Shown in pieces: positions 14,086-27,125 of a stretch of 64,000 nucleotides of DNA (the first letter of the stretch is position 1; the number at the start of each line of letters is the position of its first letter). The notes beneath the pieces were generated by a model. It did not search any database and had not been told where the DNA came from. It saw only the letters and a program-made list of their open reading frames with translations. This stretch comes from Novakomyces olei (taxonomy: Eukaryota). The stretch is from assembly GCA_016906335.1 (NCBI GenBank), contig JADEYG010000004.1:744001-808000 (forward strand), given 5' to 3'. The position numbers were made by a program, and so were the translations under genes.

Positions 14086-14228
14086 CGGCTGTCAAAATGC
14101 AATAAACTCTTAGTTTATTAAGTGGATTGGCTACCTCTGTATACATTATTCAATAATAAATTATTTAATAATAAATTTATTTTAATCAAGCTTGCGCCAA
14201 TCTTATTATGAATTAAGTTCTTTCCAAT

Positions 14229-14751
14229 ATGGCCGACGCCAAAGATGAAACTGGACCGGCACAAGTCGTCCCGACCGCCGCTGATCGTGCGCGCAGCATT
14301 CACGCTGCCGCGGAAGTCAATTGTGCTGCAGAAGAAATGAAGTACATTGAATGTTTGCAGTACGTTTGTACTTTAAATCTATTCGCTTGAATGACTAACA
14401 AATCTCCTAGAGCTGAACGATTCTGGCACTTTATCCCAATGACAGGGTTCAGCAACCCAAATTGTTTTGCTCATCGTCGCGGATTTGAGCAGTGCAAAAC
14501 TATTCAAGTGGTACGCTGATTTAAATCCGCTTTTATTTTAACAATAGGCTATGATGAAGGCCATGGGTCATAGTGGTGGCGCCAATCCGGCTCTGGACGC
14601 ACAAATAATGGCTCGATGCGACAATTTATTTCAGAATTTTAGTCCAGAAAAGGCGGAAGCAGCGATCGCTGAATTTGAGCAAAGAAAGAAGTCGGCCGAG
14701 AGCCGACAAACAGCTCGGCAATGGAGTAATTTATGGGGGGTTTGGCGGTGA
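14229..14751 (+). CDS. Small twin CX9C protein, probably mitochondrial intermembrane space, uncharacterised
   Basis: Three exons (14229-14359, 14411-14510, 14548-14751) with canonical splice signals. Product contains C-AAEEMKYIE-C and C-FAHRRGFEQ-C. Confidence 0.75.
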
Positions 14752-15021
14752 CGTTGTTTATATTAATAAAAGAGGTTTGCATTATACGTTTCTTTTTTTA
14801 TGTTATGTTTATATTCTAGAAACATGATAATGACAGTATTGTCACAAGCTCAGAGGTTCTTGATCTGAAAGAGCAAAATACCAACAAAATAATTAATTTA
14901 TTAGGACCGAGATTAAATGGAAACCTTTGTTTCTTCCTTCTTCATAATCTAATTTAATTAATTAATTAATTAATTAATTAATTATAATTATAATTATTTG
15001 ACATATATACACATATCCCGA

Positions 15022-16898
15022 CTAGACCCCATCTCTTTCCTCTCTGTACAAATCACCCATCAGCCCCTTAGCAGTAACTCGTGCTGATTTAAAACGCGAT
15101 TCTCGCGGCTGCCGTTCCCGTTCTCGGACATTGCTTAAAGGCTCCACTTCCTTTTCATCTTCAACAGCAGAAAAACCTCCCTGCCTCTGTATCATTGCCG
15201 TCCTGAGCCGCTGCAACTCTAATGCTATTTGTCTGCTCTGAACACTTTCATCAAAGGATTCATCAATCTCCACGGTGTCACGAGAAACTACCTGTTGGGC
15301 CATTAATGGCTGCTCATTTACAGATGACGAAACTGCATTGTTCAAGCTCTGTTTTGATTGCATTTTGAAACGAGATTCTTTCTTTTGTGTCGTAGATAAT
15401 TGAGAGGTATCCTGACCAGTATGGAGCGGCGCCGGCCGCTCGGTAACAATGCTTGATACTGGCAAAGCAGCGTCGCTAGCTCTCTGAGCCGTTTGTAGGG
15501 TAGGAGTAGACGTTTGAGAAGAGCGCCGCTGTTTAAACCTCGAGACTTTTTGGGGCTCTTGCCCTTTAGTCTCCTTGGCATGGCTTGTCTCTTTTTCTAA
15601 CGTTTTCTGAGCATCTGCCACTTCAGAATTTTTAGGTCGCTGCTGGACCAGTTCAGCTAAAGAGCTCGAGGCCTTTGCAGTTTCAAGCAGATCTATTTTA
15701 CCATGAGATTGCGATTCTGCAGCATTATTTGACTCTGATACATTTTCAGGCGTTGTCTCCTTCCAATCAATCTTGCCTAGTCTAAGTGTCTGCACAGGGA
15801 AAGGGAATAGAGTTCCCCCCGTTGATCCGTATTCATTCTCCTCTTCATCATCATCATCGTCATCGTCATAAAATTCATTATAGTAATCATTATCATTATA
15901 TTCATTATTCTCATTATATTCGTTGTCACCTTCAGCATCATTTTCATTCATTTTCACAATAAAAGCGTGCCCCGCTCGATTTTGATCGGTATTATCGTAA
16001 AACCCTTCATCCTCATTTTCGCCAGAGTCATCAGCCATTTCATCAAAAATAGCGTTTATTCTATTTATTCCGTCCAATGACTCGCTGGCCCTGGTATCTT
16101 CTAGTAACGCCGACAACATGCTTGATACATTTTGGCTGGACTCGTTGGGAATCTCCATCACTTGGTCATGCTCTGCAAATTTCACAGATTTAGACTTTTT
16201 CGCCTCTCTAGGTTTGGCGTCATCAGAGTTTCTGGCTTTCACCACAGTGGGCTCTGTATTAATTTTCTTTCCTTTTTGTGTGCTTTCTGTCTGTAGAGTA
16301 TTGAAATCTTTACCATCTTGTATCCCCTGCAGCTGTCGGCCCAGAGCACCCAAACGACGAAGATCAAGAGGCTCTGCTTCTTTGATGGAGGACTCGATGA
16401 TGCCACCCTCCTCATCCAGTTCTTCCCTAATCTCCATTATTGGCTCATAATTATTGAATTCAGAATCAAGAGCTTCGTCGGTATTTTCATTATTATCTTT
16501 TTCAAAAGCATCTTTATCTGCCAAAGAATCAGCAGACTGCTTATTCTCCTTTAAAATCTCATTTCCTTCCTCATCGTCTCTTTCCCCCTGAATTTGCTTG
16601 TCTATATTCGTGATCCGCTGAGCGAAAAAAGCTATGGCCGCGTCTGCTGTAATTTCGATAGTGCGACCATCTTCTACCTTACACTTGACCCGTTCAACCG
16701 AGGGCAGAGTCCCAAATACACGGCCTTTGCCGTTTATCGGAATCTATAATAAATTATTATTAATCCTTCAGAAGATAGATAAAAAGCGCTTACCAAACGC
16801 ACTGCTCCGTCTCCTTCTTGCAAAAGCAGTTTTAGCTCTTCAGCAGCCGAAGAATAAAGCTTGCGCTGAAGCAAAAGCTGTCTTTGATCCTGCTGCAT
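15022..16898 (-). CDS. BUD27: Unconventional prefoldin URI/Bud27-like protein
   Basis: Prefoldin-alpha-like N-terminus across intron 16793-16744 (VRL|IPINGKGRVFG...AIAFFAQRI), PIMEIREELDEEG motif, acidic tract, repeated SRFK motifs at the C-terminus. Confidence 0.8.
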
Positions 16899-17285
16899 TG
16901 AAGTCTGGCGCCGACGAGTGCAAAGACCAACCCAAGATCATAACCCGGAGTCAGTTTATAATAAACTGGACCCGGTTTATCACAGGCTTATTAGTTAAGT
17001 GACACAAAACTAGTCGAAGTGTGCACATTTTCGCCTAAATTAGTTCTACGCCAAAAGCCTGGCTCATTAAACTACAATTGGTTTATTTTAGTCGAAACTG
17101 CCGAGAAAGGGTCACTAAGCGAGGAGAAAAAACCGAAGTAAATCCGGGAACGTTTCCGATTTCGTCAAAAGGGGGCCTTCGCTATAGAACAGTAATAATA
17201 AAAACATTCGACACGAGCACAGGACCTTTTGCCTCGCGCAAGTTGGTTAAATAATAAAACAATACGCAAAAGCTGCCTTGCCAGA

Positions 17286-18695
17286 ATGGCGTGGTCAAGG
17301 AGCTCACGGTTCCTGCCTCTAGCAGCATTGCTTACTTTCATGACTATATTGGCATTTTTCGTTTTCGGACCGGAATCTAGTGAATATTGGAAGGCAGGAT
17401 CGGACATTGAGTCAAAGATAAACAAGATATTTGATACGAATATCCATGGCGCGTCGTTAGTCAATACTCACAGTGCAACAGCGACTCAACTCTCGTTTGC
17501 CATTGAGACGGCGGCCAGTGAACCTCAGAATCCTGAATTATGGGAACATTATACAGATTCAAAGCACTCCGGCCCAAGTGAAGGCGTCAGCGATGATTCT
17601 GTAAAGACAGAACATGAAAACAATCAAAACGATAACGTTGATGACAAAACCGATAATGACGAAATTACAAAAGAACCTGATTTCGATTTAAAAACAGACG
17701 CGCCAGAGCAAGAAGCGACTGGCGACTCATTTAACTGGGACAAGGACGGGTCGATCAGTGAAGCGGAAAAGGAAGGAACTATCGACAAAGCTTTGGCAGT
17801 AGACAAAAACAATGGTACAAAAAAAGCTGACGAGCAGCCCGAGGTATTAGCGGTGATGGCAATAATCACGTCGTTTGATGCCTTTAGTAGGCGAAATATG
17901 ATTCGCACTGCGTATGCTCAGTTCCCGCAACGGTTTCGTGACAATTTTATTATCAAGTTTATTGTTGGTGGAATTCCGCACGACTCGGAGGATCCGGAAG
18001 TCAATGCTATGCGGCTGAGTTATGAAGTCGATTACTTTAACGATACTTTGGTTCTCAGTGTCGCTGAAAACATGGACGAAGGCAAAACTTATCACGCTAT
18101 TGAACACGTTTACGATTCCTTGATGGCGAATAAAAGCATACCTTATTTCCTGAAAATTGACGACGATTCTCTTGTAAATCTTCCCGCTTTACGCGACTTC
18201 CTGAACAAGCTTCCTCGGGAAAATGTGTACTTTGGCCGCTGGACCCGTATAGACGAAGGCTTTATGCACGGAGGTGGTTACGGCATTTCCCGAGACTTGG
18301 TAGAGTGGATACTTCACGATGACTTTGTTCGTTCTTATGGCCTTGTCGGCCACGAAGACTCTCAAATGTCTGCATGGTTTACTAATGGCAAGCCCGATGT
18401 CACTCTGGCGTCTTTCCACGGTAGTCAGTTTCATATTCCACCAGACGCTGAAGAGAATTGGTGGTTCCATTACGATTGGAATAACGAAGCAATCATCACT
18501 CACAGACTCAAATCTGATGAGCAGTTTCTACGTGCTGCCCGGTTCTATACTGAGGGAGTTAATCCGATGACGGGTGAAGTTGATCCTAATTTTGATATTG
18601 ATGCTCCGCATACGGAGGAGCCTATTTTCTTTGGAAATTTCACCCATATTTATGACGAGTACCTTGATCCAGATCAGGGGTGGACAAAGATTTAA
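17286..18695 (+). CDS. Type II membrane GT31 beta-1,3-galactosyltransferase (Pvg3-like)
   Basis: N-terminal TM segment, acidic stem, RRNMIR, ENMDEGKTY, FLKIDDDSLV (DxD), FMHGGGYGISRDLV, HED. Confidence 0.8.
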   Translation: MAWSRSSRFLPLAALLTFMTILAFFVFGPESSEYWKAGSDIESKINKIFDTNIHGASLVNTHSATATQLSFAIETAASEPQNPELWEHYTDSKHSGPSEGVSDDSVKTEHENNQNDNVDDKTDNDEITKEPDFDLKTDAPEQEATGDSFNWDKDGSISEAEKEGTIDKALAVDKNNGTKKADEQPEVLAVMAIITSFDAFSRRNMIRTAYAQFPQRFRDNFIIKFIVGGIPHDSEDPEVNAMRLSYEVDYFNDTLVLSVAENMDEGKTYHAIEHVYDSLMANKSIPYFLKIDDDSLVNLPALRDFLNKLPRENVYFGRWTRIDEGFMHGGGYGISRDLVEWILHDDFVRSYGLVGHEDSQMSAWFTNGKPDVTLASFHGSQFHIPPDAEENWWFHYDWNNEAIITHRLKSDEQFLRAARFYTEGVNPMTGEVDPNFDIDAPHTEEPIFFGNFTHIYDEYLDPDQGWTKI

Positions 18696-19271
18696 GGCAT
18701 CAAGTTTCAAGCACATTTATTTTAGTTTCTGAAAAGCCACTTTGATTTTTACTAGCACAATCTTGATACTACTGGCTGGTCGTCAATCATTTGTTTATTT
18801 GTTTTGCGTTGGTGGATTAAATTTAATATCTCTGTTCTGTTTTTAATTTTTATCATACTGTGTTTTGTATAATATGGTGCGTGATGTTTATGGTTTGAAA
18901 GGCTGCTTGACGAGCTTCATTACGTTGATGTGATGTACGAAATAGAATTGTTGATTGATCCTGGACTAGGTCAATTCATATCATATAAAATTTGAATGGT
19001 TAATAATACAGATTGCAATTAATTCTAGTCATATACCAATTTGATGTACATTAAAATATAAAATCAATTTGATATAAAAAGTCTTTAAATTAACGCTTAA
19101 ATGCCACTTGATAATTCTAAAATTTCTGCTGTTCGTCATTCATGATACAGGATTACCCAACTTGAACAAATATTTGTATTTGTATCAAAACCGACTTTAT
19201 CCGTACTGTTTTACCCGGACGGTTCACGAATATGCAAAACCAAATTCACTCATAATCTCTCACGTTTACAA

Positions 19272-20789
19272 TTACTCTTCAAGCCGCGCGTCATAAAGCA
19301 CAATACTGTTATTTCCAGCAATCCACAGCGGAAACGTACTTTTCGTGCGTGGTAAAAACCCAAATTCCACCACATGTCCAATACCCGCTGCGGCCAATGC
19401 TGCAGGCCTTAAAGCCTCTGGTAAAGGCAGCGAAATTGCCCTGTAAGTGTCCCATAGACCAAAAACATTGTCTCCATAATGAACCAACAAGATCTCCAAC
19501 TCTCGGTATACCCGGCAGCGTACAGTAGCGCCCGAAATTTGCAAGGGTACATGCCCTCCTCCGCTGGCAGCCGTCACTCGCAGCTCCGAGCTTTCTTGCC
19601 ATAGATTCACAATACAGAACCGGCCTTGCCCTTGTCCCCCAGAGACAAAGGCACTATTGACCTCTAAATGTTGCATTTCCGCTGGGCCGTAGGCGAACGC
19701 GAAAGGCAGCATGATCGTACTCACCTTGGGCACTTTAAGTGCGCCCCCCTTAAAAGGCAATTTCTGATTCTGGTTTGCATCTATTGAACAAACAGCATCA
19801 AGAGCTGATCGTGTATCATAACAGACGAGACGATTACGCGCCTCTGCAACCAGCAAGTAACCGCTCTGTAACAACAGGCAGCCATGAACGCAGTCTGCTT
19901 TTACAAAGGCAATAGGAACCAGAGCCGGTCCCAGGGCCAGTGCAGTGCATAGCACGCCTTGATCTGTCGCCACGCAGCAGAATGCATGGCCACGGTACAT
20001 ATTTGCATCAATGCCCACGGGGCCCGTGTGCATACTGAGGCCAAAGCCGACTGTGCCCATGCTCGGTGGGAAAAGTGCCGACAACTCAGACGAAAGCCGT
20101 CCAGGCGGAACAAAAGCAAAAGGCGCCTGGCCATCAGTGCCACAAGTAACGCTGTTGCCAACTTGTCCAACGTCGAGAGCAGGTCCACACAGACTTGTAC
20201 GTGCCTCACGCGACTGGAGCAGAATAGTTTCCGCGTCCATTCCTCCTGCATTGCTCACATTGTCTATATAAACACAAGCAGCGAGTCCAATCGCAAAAGG
20301 CCAAGCGCTGATAAATGCTGGCGGCCTATTGCTGCCGCTTGTAAACGTCGTACAAGCACCTGACGAAGTATCTACAATGAACCCTGGCGACTGTGCTTCA
20401 CTCGCAAAGGCAACAAAGTGCAGACGTTCACTGCTCTGCCCCACCACTGTGTATGCCGAACAGGACCGAGGCAGTTTTAGCACACGAAACGGACTACAGC
20501 GCTCCACTAACCGGTCTCGCAGCTCAAGTTTAAGGCTTTTGCCGTTTATACTGCGGGTATGCAGTAATCGTAGCAATGATGCTGATGCTGTTTGCCTCCT
20601 GCCGACATTGTTTTGCCGGTTTTTTTGTTGGTGTTTTTGCTGGTTCTCCCAACGGTGTAGCCGCTTCCGTCGCTGAGCGGCAGCGGCAGTATGAGGCTTA
20701 GTGCTCGCTGTTACCGCGTTGTCTGCGGTGATACGGAAATAACGGCCCTTTTGCGAATCATAAATGAAACCGGGTATCTGTGCAGGCAT
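19272..20789 (-). CDS. DCAF4/WDR21-like Cul4-DDB1 substrate receptor with divergent WD40 region
   Basis: N-terminal IPGFIYDSQKGRYFRI matches the DCAF4/Wdr21 N-terminal motif. 505-aa intronless ORF with a beta-rich C-terminal part. Confidence 0.65.
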   Translation of the reverse strand: MPAQIPGFIYDSQKGRYFRITADNAVTASTKPHTAAAAQRRKRLHRWENQQKHQQKNRQNNVGRRQTASASLLRLLHTRSINGKSLKLELRDRLVERCSPFRVLKLPRSCSAYTVVGQSSERLHFVAFASEAQSPGFIVDTSSGACTTFTSGSNRPPAFISAWPFAIGLAACVYIDNVSNAGGMDAETILLQSREARTSLCGPALDVGQVGNSVTCGTDGQAPFAFVPPGRLSSELSALFPPSMGTVGFGLSMHTGPVGIDANMYRGHAFCCVATDQGVLCTALALGPALVPIAFVKADCVHGCLLLQSGYLLVAEARNRLVCYDTRSALDAVCSIDANQNQKLPFKGGALKVPKVSTIMLPFAFAYGPAEMQHLEVNSAFVSGGQGQGRFCIVNLWQESSELRVTAASGGGHVPLQISGATVRCRVYRELEILLVHYGDNVFGLWDTYRAISLPLPEALRPAALAAAGIGHVVEFGFLPRTKSTFPLWIAGNNSIVLYDARLEE

Positions 20790-20807
20790 GTCATGGTAGT
20801 CTGTTTA

Positions 20808-21413
<606 letters not shown>

Positions 21414-21595
21414 CACATGACTACACGAACCATAATGCCTTGATCTTTCTATTGTTTTCAAGCTAGACTATCGTTTTCAAACTTGACTATCGTTGGATGC
21501 AACAAACAATTCTGTACTAGACCCATTAAAATTAATAAATTCAGTGTACAGCAAAGTTCCGTCTTTTACATGGGGGACAGGTATCAAATAAACAA

Positions 21596-22584
21596 TCAAG
21601 CAGTCTGAGGCTGTGAGGCTGATATAGAAGCTTTTTCTTCTGAAACAGGAGCAGTACTAGTTTCTGCAACAGCGTCGCGGCTTGCTTCAGCAGCAAGTTG
21701 TACTTGTGAGCTGGCATTAGACTGCAGGCCCGTATTGTTTCCTGTAATCCGATCTTCATCGTCCTCAACCGCTGCTTCTTCATCTGCCTCCATCTCGTCA
21801 TCTTCCTCCTCATCATCGATGCCTTCCTCCTCCTCATCATCTCCTTCTTCATCCTCTTCTTCATCCTCTTCTTCCGCCAAGCCAACGATTCCCTCGTCTT
21901 CATTGTCCACGTCGGGCTGTGGTGGAGGCTCGTCCGTCCAATCAGGATTATCCCAGGGAATATTGAAACGCGTTACGCGAGGCTTGTCACTCAATATATT
22001 GCGAAGGACTCTATGAAGCTCGTTTTTGATACGGAAACCGGGCGGCCGAGTCGGCGGCTGTGTTGCTGGTGTCCCATTTGCATTAACAGCGGCTGAGCTT
22101 GCCGCCGATGAATCCGCGTTTTCTCCGTCTTCAGGCAACTCGTTATTTACATAGTATCCAACACGTACAAATTCTTTGTCGTCATAAGCGCAAGAAATAA
22201 TAATCACGGTGACTCCAAGGATATCTTCGTCCGGGATTTTGTCGCGTCGAGGTGCATTTGCCTCAAACACAAACTTGTTGATCCCTACGGGCACGGGGCC
22301 AACGAGTAAAGAATCAAGCTCTTGATCATAGGACCTAGAAGTTGCTGAACCCACGTAGGTTAATTTCCACTCGAGGTCTAACGTTAGCAGTGTTTTGCGA
22401 TTTCTCTTTGGCCGATATATATGTTTTCTGTATTCCATATTTTGTTCTGCTTTTTCTTATCTGCTTCAAGCGTACCATATTTCAAGTTTTCCAGACACTC
22501 AAACGTGATTTCGAATTTATAAGGGTCGAGAAAAGGTGCGGGATTATTCAGCACATCGATCGATAACACGTTTACAAGCGCCAT
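21596..22584 (-). CDS. ASF1: Histone H3-H4 chaperone Asf1
   Basis: [31 protein letters not shown], intron 22475-22378, [36 protein letters not shown], acidic tail. Confidence 0.98.
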
Positions 22585-22593
22585 CAAAGGCAA

Positions 22594-22608
22594 TTTCGCG
22601 AAACGCGT
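22594..22608. promoter_or_regulatory. MCB/SCB-like G1/S elements upstream of ASF1
   Basis: TTTCGCGAAACGCGT: palindromic TTTCGCGAAA overlapping ACGCGT, 10 bp upstream of the ATG. Confidence 0.55.
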
Positions 22609-22755
22609 TAGACTTTATATTAATTCGTGTCGCATATGAACATATTATCACTTAATTAAATATTATGGATATTTTCATATATAGATTTTTCGTATATGGC
22701 TTGCTTTTTATTTATCCCACAGCAAATGATTGTGTAGTTCAAAAACAAGAACAAC

Positions 22756-22830
<75 letters not shown>
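22756..22830. repeat. (AAT)25 microsatellite in the ASF1/PET117 divergent promoter
   Basis: Directly visible, preceded by degenerate AAC units. Confidence 0.98.
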
Positions 22831-22857
22831 CTTTTTGAATTTGAGCATAGCAGCGGC

Positions 22858-23138
22858 ATGTCAAAAAGGGCCACGACAATTTTGGCGACTACAGCACTAG
22901 TCACAGGCGCAATTGTGTTTTATGTACACTATGAACAGCGCTCAGAACAAGAGGTAGTTACGTTTGACTAGTAAAGTTGAATACTAATCGCATTTAGCGA
23001 ATGCACGCGGGCGTTTTGAGAGACGAAGAGCGCAAAAAAACTCGGCGAGCAACTATTGCTGCCGAGTTTGAACGTCAACGGCAATTAGAGCAAGCGTATG
23101 AGCGTACACAGCACGTGTCGCGAGATAGCGTAAACTAA
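22858..23138 (+). CDS. PET117: Cytochrome c oxidase assembly factor Pet117
   Basis: MSKRATTILATTALVTGAIVFYVHYEQRSEQE|RMHAGVLRDEER...EFERQRQLEQAYERTQHV. Intron 22954-22997. Not in the ORF track. Confidence 0.92.
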
Positions 23139-23539
23139 GCGAGGCCAAAATTATACCCGGAAATGTACATTGATATTTGCATAATTCAAATCTATCGCTA
23201 TTTTTTATGAGATTTGCTGTGTATAGCGTGCTTCAGCGGCGACTTTATCACTTATTTTTTGGTCTATAATATGTGATGCATAAACGCAATTGTTGCAGGA
23301 TAATCTTGCGCGTCAATTTATGTTCTTAGCACCGACAAAATTTCCCAAAAGTACCATAAATCTTCACAAAATCATAGTGGCATTCTTCGAACGAAACAAA
23401 CATATACTACTCTACGCATGAGTAAACCCAAGGACGCAAGAAGTGGATTAGAATTTTGGTATGTTTTGATTTTTATTCAATTTGTTTAATTTATACATTT
23501 ATATAGACGGCCATACTTTTCGGAGGTCTTCCATACTGC

Positions 23540-25239
23540 TCACAACATGACGAGACCAATACCACTTCCTTCCTTATCAAGTTCACCAGAAGACAGCATG
23601 CCAGAAGAAATTGGCTTAACGCGCCAATTGAACATATAATAATTAAGCATACCGTCGCCAGGTCCAAACAGCGTTTCCTCTAAAAAGGCTACGTTATCCA
23701 TGAGCGTGAGCGCATTAAAGACGTCAAAGCCCAAGGAGTTTGCAATAATAAGGCAGTCTGTGATGAGCTCACGTAAACGAGAAGCTAAAGATTGGCTAAT
23801 CCCGCGTGGAACTTCTGCCTTATCCTCAGTGAAAGCTGCATCAGTAGCATAATAAAATAAATAGGCAATTTCCAATACTCCATGCTTCTTATTACCAATC
23901 ACTGTAGATGGTAGTGAATAAAATGAGAAAAAATCTGTAATTTCTCCTGCTTCAGTTTCCAACACATAAGCCCAAACAACTCGATTCTCTGGTCCGCCTT
24001 GTGGCCATAGCCAATGATGTAGTTCCTCATCTGTAAACTCTTGTACTAAATCAAACTTTGCCAAGTAGCGGCGTAGCAAATTGCCCACACGATCAACGTC
24101 ACTGCTCTTCATTGGTCGAAGACCAGCCAAGCGTGTCGTACTGGGCAAACGGAACTTTGCAACTTGCTGAGCTGGCGTCGATCCTTTTGGGAGATAAGAA
24201 AACCCGACTTCATATAGCTTTTGCCAGTTTAAACTGCGGTGGTAAATCCGGCAAGTAGCAAGTGGACTCGGAATAACAGTTCCCGAGGTGTATAATGCTT
24301 GCCAGATGCCATTGAGATTACAACGACGCGTAATTTCACGAATAAGCACGGGCGTGAGTCTTTTAGATCTCAATTTTTTGTGAACACACAAGAAATTGAT
24401 CTCTACGCTCCTGATTATATGCTGTCGAACCCTTTGCAGTAGCGGAGTCCCCGAAATAAAGGCAACAAGCTTTCTGCTATTACGTACTCGAACTGCTACT
24501 GTCCATTCGCGTCGTGATCCAGGAGCCAGTAACGCCCAGCGCAAATAAGGTTCCGGGTATTTAAAGCGAATAGTCTCGTCTGCGTCCTCAACGTAATGAT
24601 CTCGCAGCAATTCATGAATTTCTTTCAGCTGATTATCGTCGTGCAGATCCATAGTCACCCATTCGAAATCTTCAAGTAGAGCTTCGGGCGACTTTGGTAC
24701 AGACTCAACATCTTGTCGTGGGTTGATAGGGCCTTCTTCCTCTACCACTTCGGCTGTTGAGATATTAGAAAACTGACAGAAAAACAATTAAATCGTTAAA
24801 TCATTAAATTTTGAGTTAAATTTATTAAAATTTTAATTATTAAATTTTTAAATTATTAAATCAAATTTAATCGAAAATATTCAAATAAAATAAATTAAAG
24901 GGAGGTTGAGGAGAGAAGAACAAATGGGCGAGCAGAAACAAATCATGCAAATGGCTTACAGAAATTGCTAACAGGCTGAGTGCGCCAAAATTTGTGATTA
25001 TTTATATCGCGCTGTTGCTGATCATTTGCGGAAAGCCCGGCTAATAGTTCTTCTAATCGTGCATGTTTCAACAGCTCTCGAAGGTCTCGACCGTCAACTT
25101 TGCGCTCTAATGATGGATTTCCTGCAAGAATTTCTCTTGCAGCTGTAGCTCCCGCTTTTGAGGCATCTTGAGAGCCATTGACGGTAGATTTGGGTTTTTC
25201 AGTAGCCTTTTTAGCAGCTGTATCTCTGTTGTTTGCCAT
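23540..25239 (-). CDS. NMT1: Glycylpeptide N-myristoyltransferase
   Basis: HKFWRTQPV, intron 24959-24754, HYVEDADETIRFKY, EINFLCVHKKLRSKRLTPVLIREITRR, FGPGDGMLNYY, C-terminal GIGLVML. Confidence 0.98.
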
Positions 25240-25522
25240 GTCTAAACGCTCCACATTTAAATAATGTGCTTTGCTCTTAATGCTTGATCGCCTTTATAAT
25301 TTATGTTGATTGTAATTATAATAAACGATGAACACTTGTTACTGGCTGATCGATCAATAATAATCAATTAATAATTAATAATTAATAATTAATAGTCGAT
25401 TATTGTTTTTTAATTAATAATTTATAATAACTCACAGTCATGATTTTACACCTATATATTAAATATGATTATTCTATATTCCTTCATTCGTTTGTACGGC
25501 CACTATTAATGTAGACTCAACG

Positions 25523-26726
25523 ATGGCTCAAGGCAAGTTCACTCAGATTTGACATTTACTGACCAAAGCAGACGATGAGCGATGCCCAGTTTGCGGCTCT
25601 GACCGCTACCTGCGGCCTAATATGGTCCTCTTAATAAACCCTGAATGTTACCATAAAATGTGTGAATCTTGTGTGGACGTATGTGGGATTAGGCGGCCTC
25701 GTCTTTCTGTTTGCTTGTTCTAGTAAATTTATTCGCTTGATTCTAATCGTGCAGCGGATATTCGCGACAGGACCCGCGCCTTGCCCCATAGTGGGCTGTG
25801 GGAAGATGCTTCGTAAAAGCAAGTTTCGGACACAAACATTTGAAGACACTGTTGTTGAACGCGAGGTCGATGTTCGACGGCGTATTCAGCGAATGTGAGT
25901 GGAAAATAATTTAAAGAGCATCAACTTTTAACAGACATACTAATTTTGATGAGTTGAATTTCATTTGTTTATTTACTTTACTTTGATTTGATTTGGTTTA
26001 ATTTAATTTAATTTTGATTTAATTTCTAATTAAAGCTTCAATAAACGCGAGGATGAGTTTATCAGCCTGGACGAGTACAACAATTATCTCGAGCACGTGG
26101 AAGACTTAACATTTAACCTGATCAATCGCGTGGACGTTGAAGCAACGGAGAAACAAATACAAGACTATGCTAAACGTAATCGTGCCGATATAGCTGCAAA
26201 TCAGCAGCTATCGGCCCACGAGCAACGCGCCCTTCAGCTGGAAGAAGAAGCTCGTCAGCAGCAACGTACAAAAGCGCGTGATGCTGTCTTGCGTGAAGAA
26301 GCAGAAGAAAAGCGTGAAAAGGCAGAGCGTGAGCAAGATTTGATTCGGCAATTGGCGAGTACAGGCCGATCTGCAGTCGAAGCCTATGAACTTTCGAAAC
26401 GATCTGCTTCTGCGCGTAATGAAGAGAAAAAGGCAGCAACAGCGACAGCAGCAGCTGCTGCTAATGCCTCTGCTGCCTTGGCTGCTCTTAATCGCAAACG
26501 TGCACGATTAAACGCTTCTTCATTGGCGAACAACAATGTGCCTTTTAGCCCAATGAATGGAGCTGGACGGGAGACCAGGCTGTTTAAAATTGCAGAGTAC
26601 AAGGATCCCTGGCTTGCCAGTATGGCAGCGGACAAGGCTAGAGCCGCTGGTGGACTTGGTATAGAGCAAATCCATCGGCGAGCTTTGTTTGAAGCATTTA
26701 CGTGCTTAACCCCCGTAATGAAATAG
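25523..26726 (+). CDS. TFB3: TFIIH/CAK assembly factor MAT1 (RING)
   Basis: CPVCGSDRYLRPNM...ECYHKMCESCVD|RIFATGPAPCPIVGC. Introns 25533-25571 (GC-AG), 25679-25754 and 25895-26035. Confidence 0.96.
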
Positions 26727-27125
26727 TGGCAAAGGGGTAGATGGGTTTATTTATTTATTGTTAAAAAAGTGGATGAGGTTTTAATGCTGTTTATTTATCT
26801 ATTTATATTAACTTCTAAAGCGTTACGATAAAACGAAATGCTTGTATATAATATAATAAAAATTAAGAATCTTTGAGATTAAAGAATGCAAAACACTAGA
26901 AACAATTCACATCGGGTATATTTATACACGCAAAATTGGTTAATATTCATTTTAAATTTATTAGTATTAAGCAGGTGGAATATGGGTATAAGAATAGACA
27001 AGCATATGCCTGCAAATAGAATATGTACAAAGCGTAAAATATGCTGGATCACAAAATTACATAAAAGCATCATTGCACTGGAACACTTGTCGTGTGTGAG
27101 GCAGCGCCAGTTTTTCTTGGCACCG

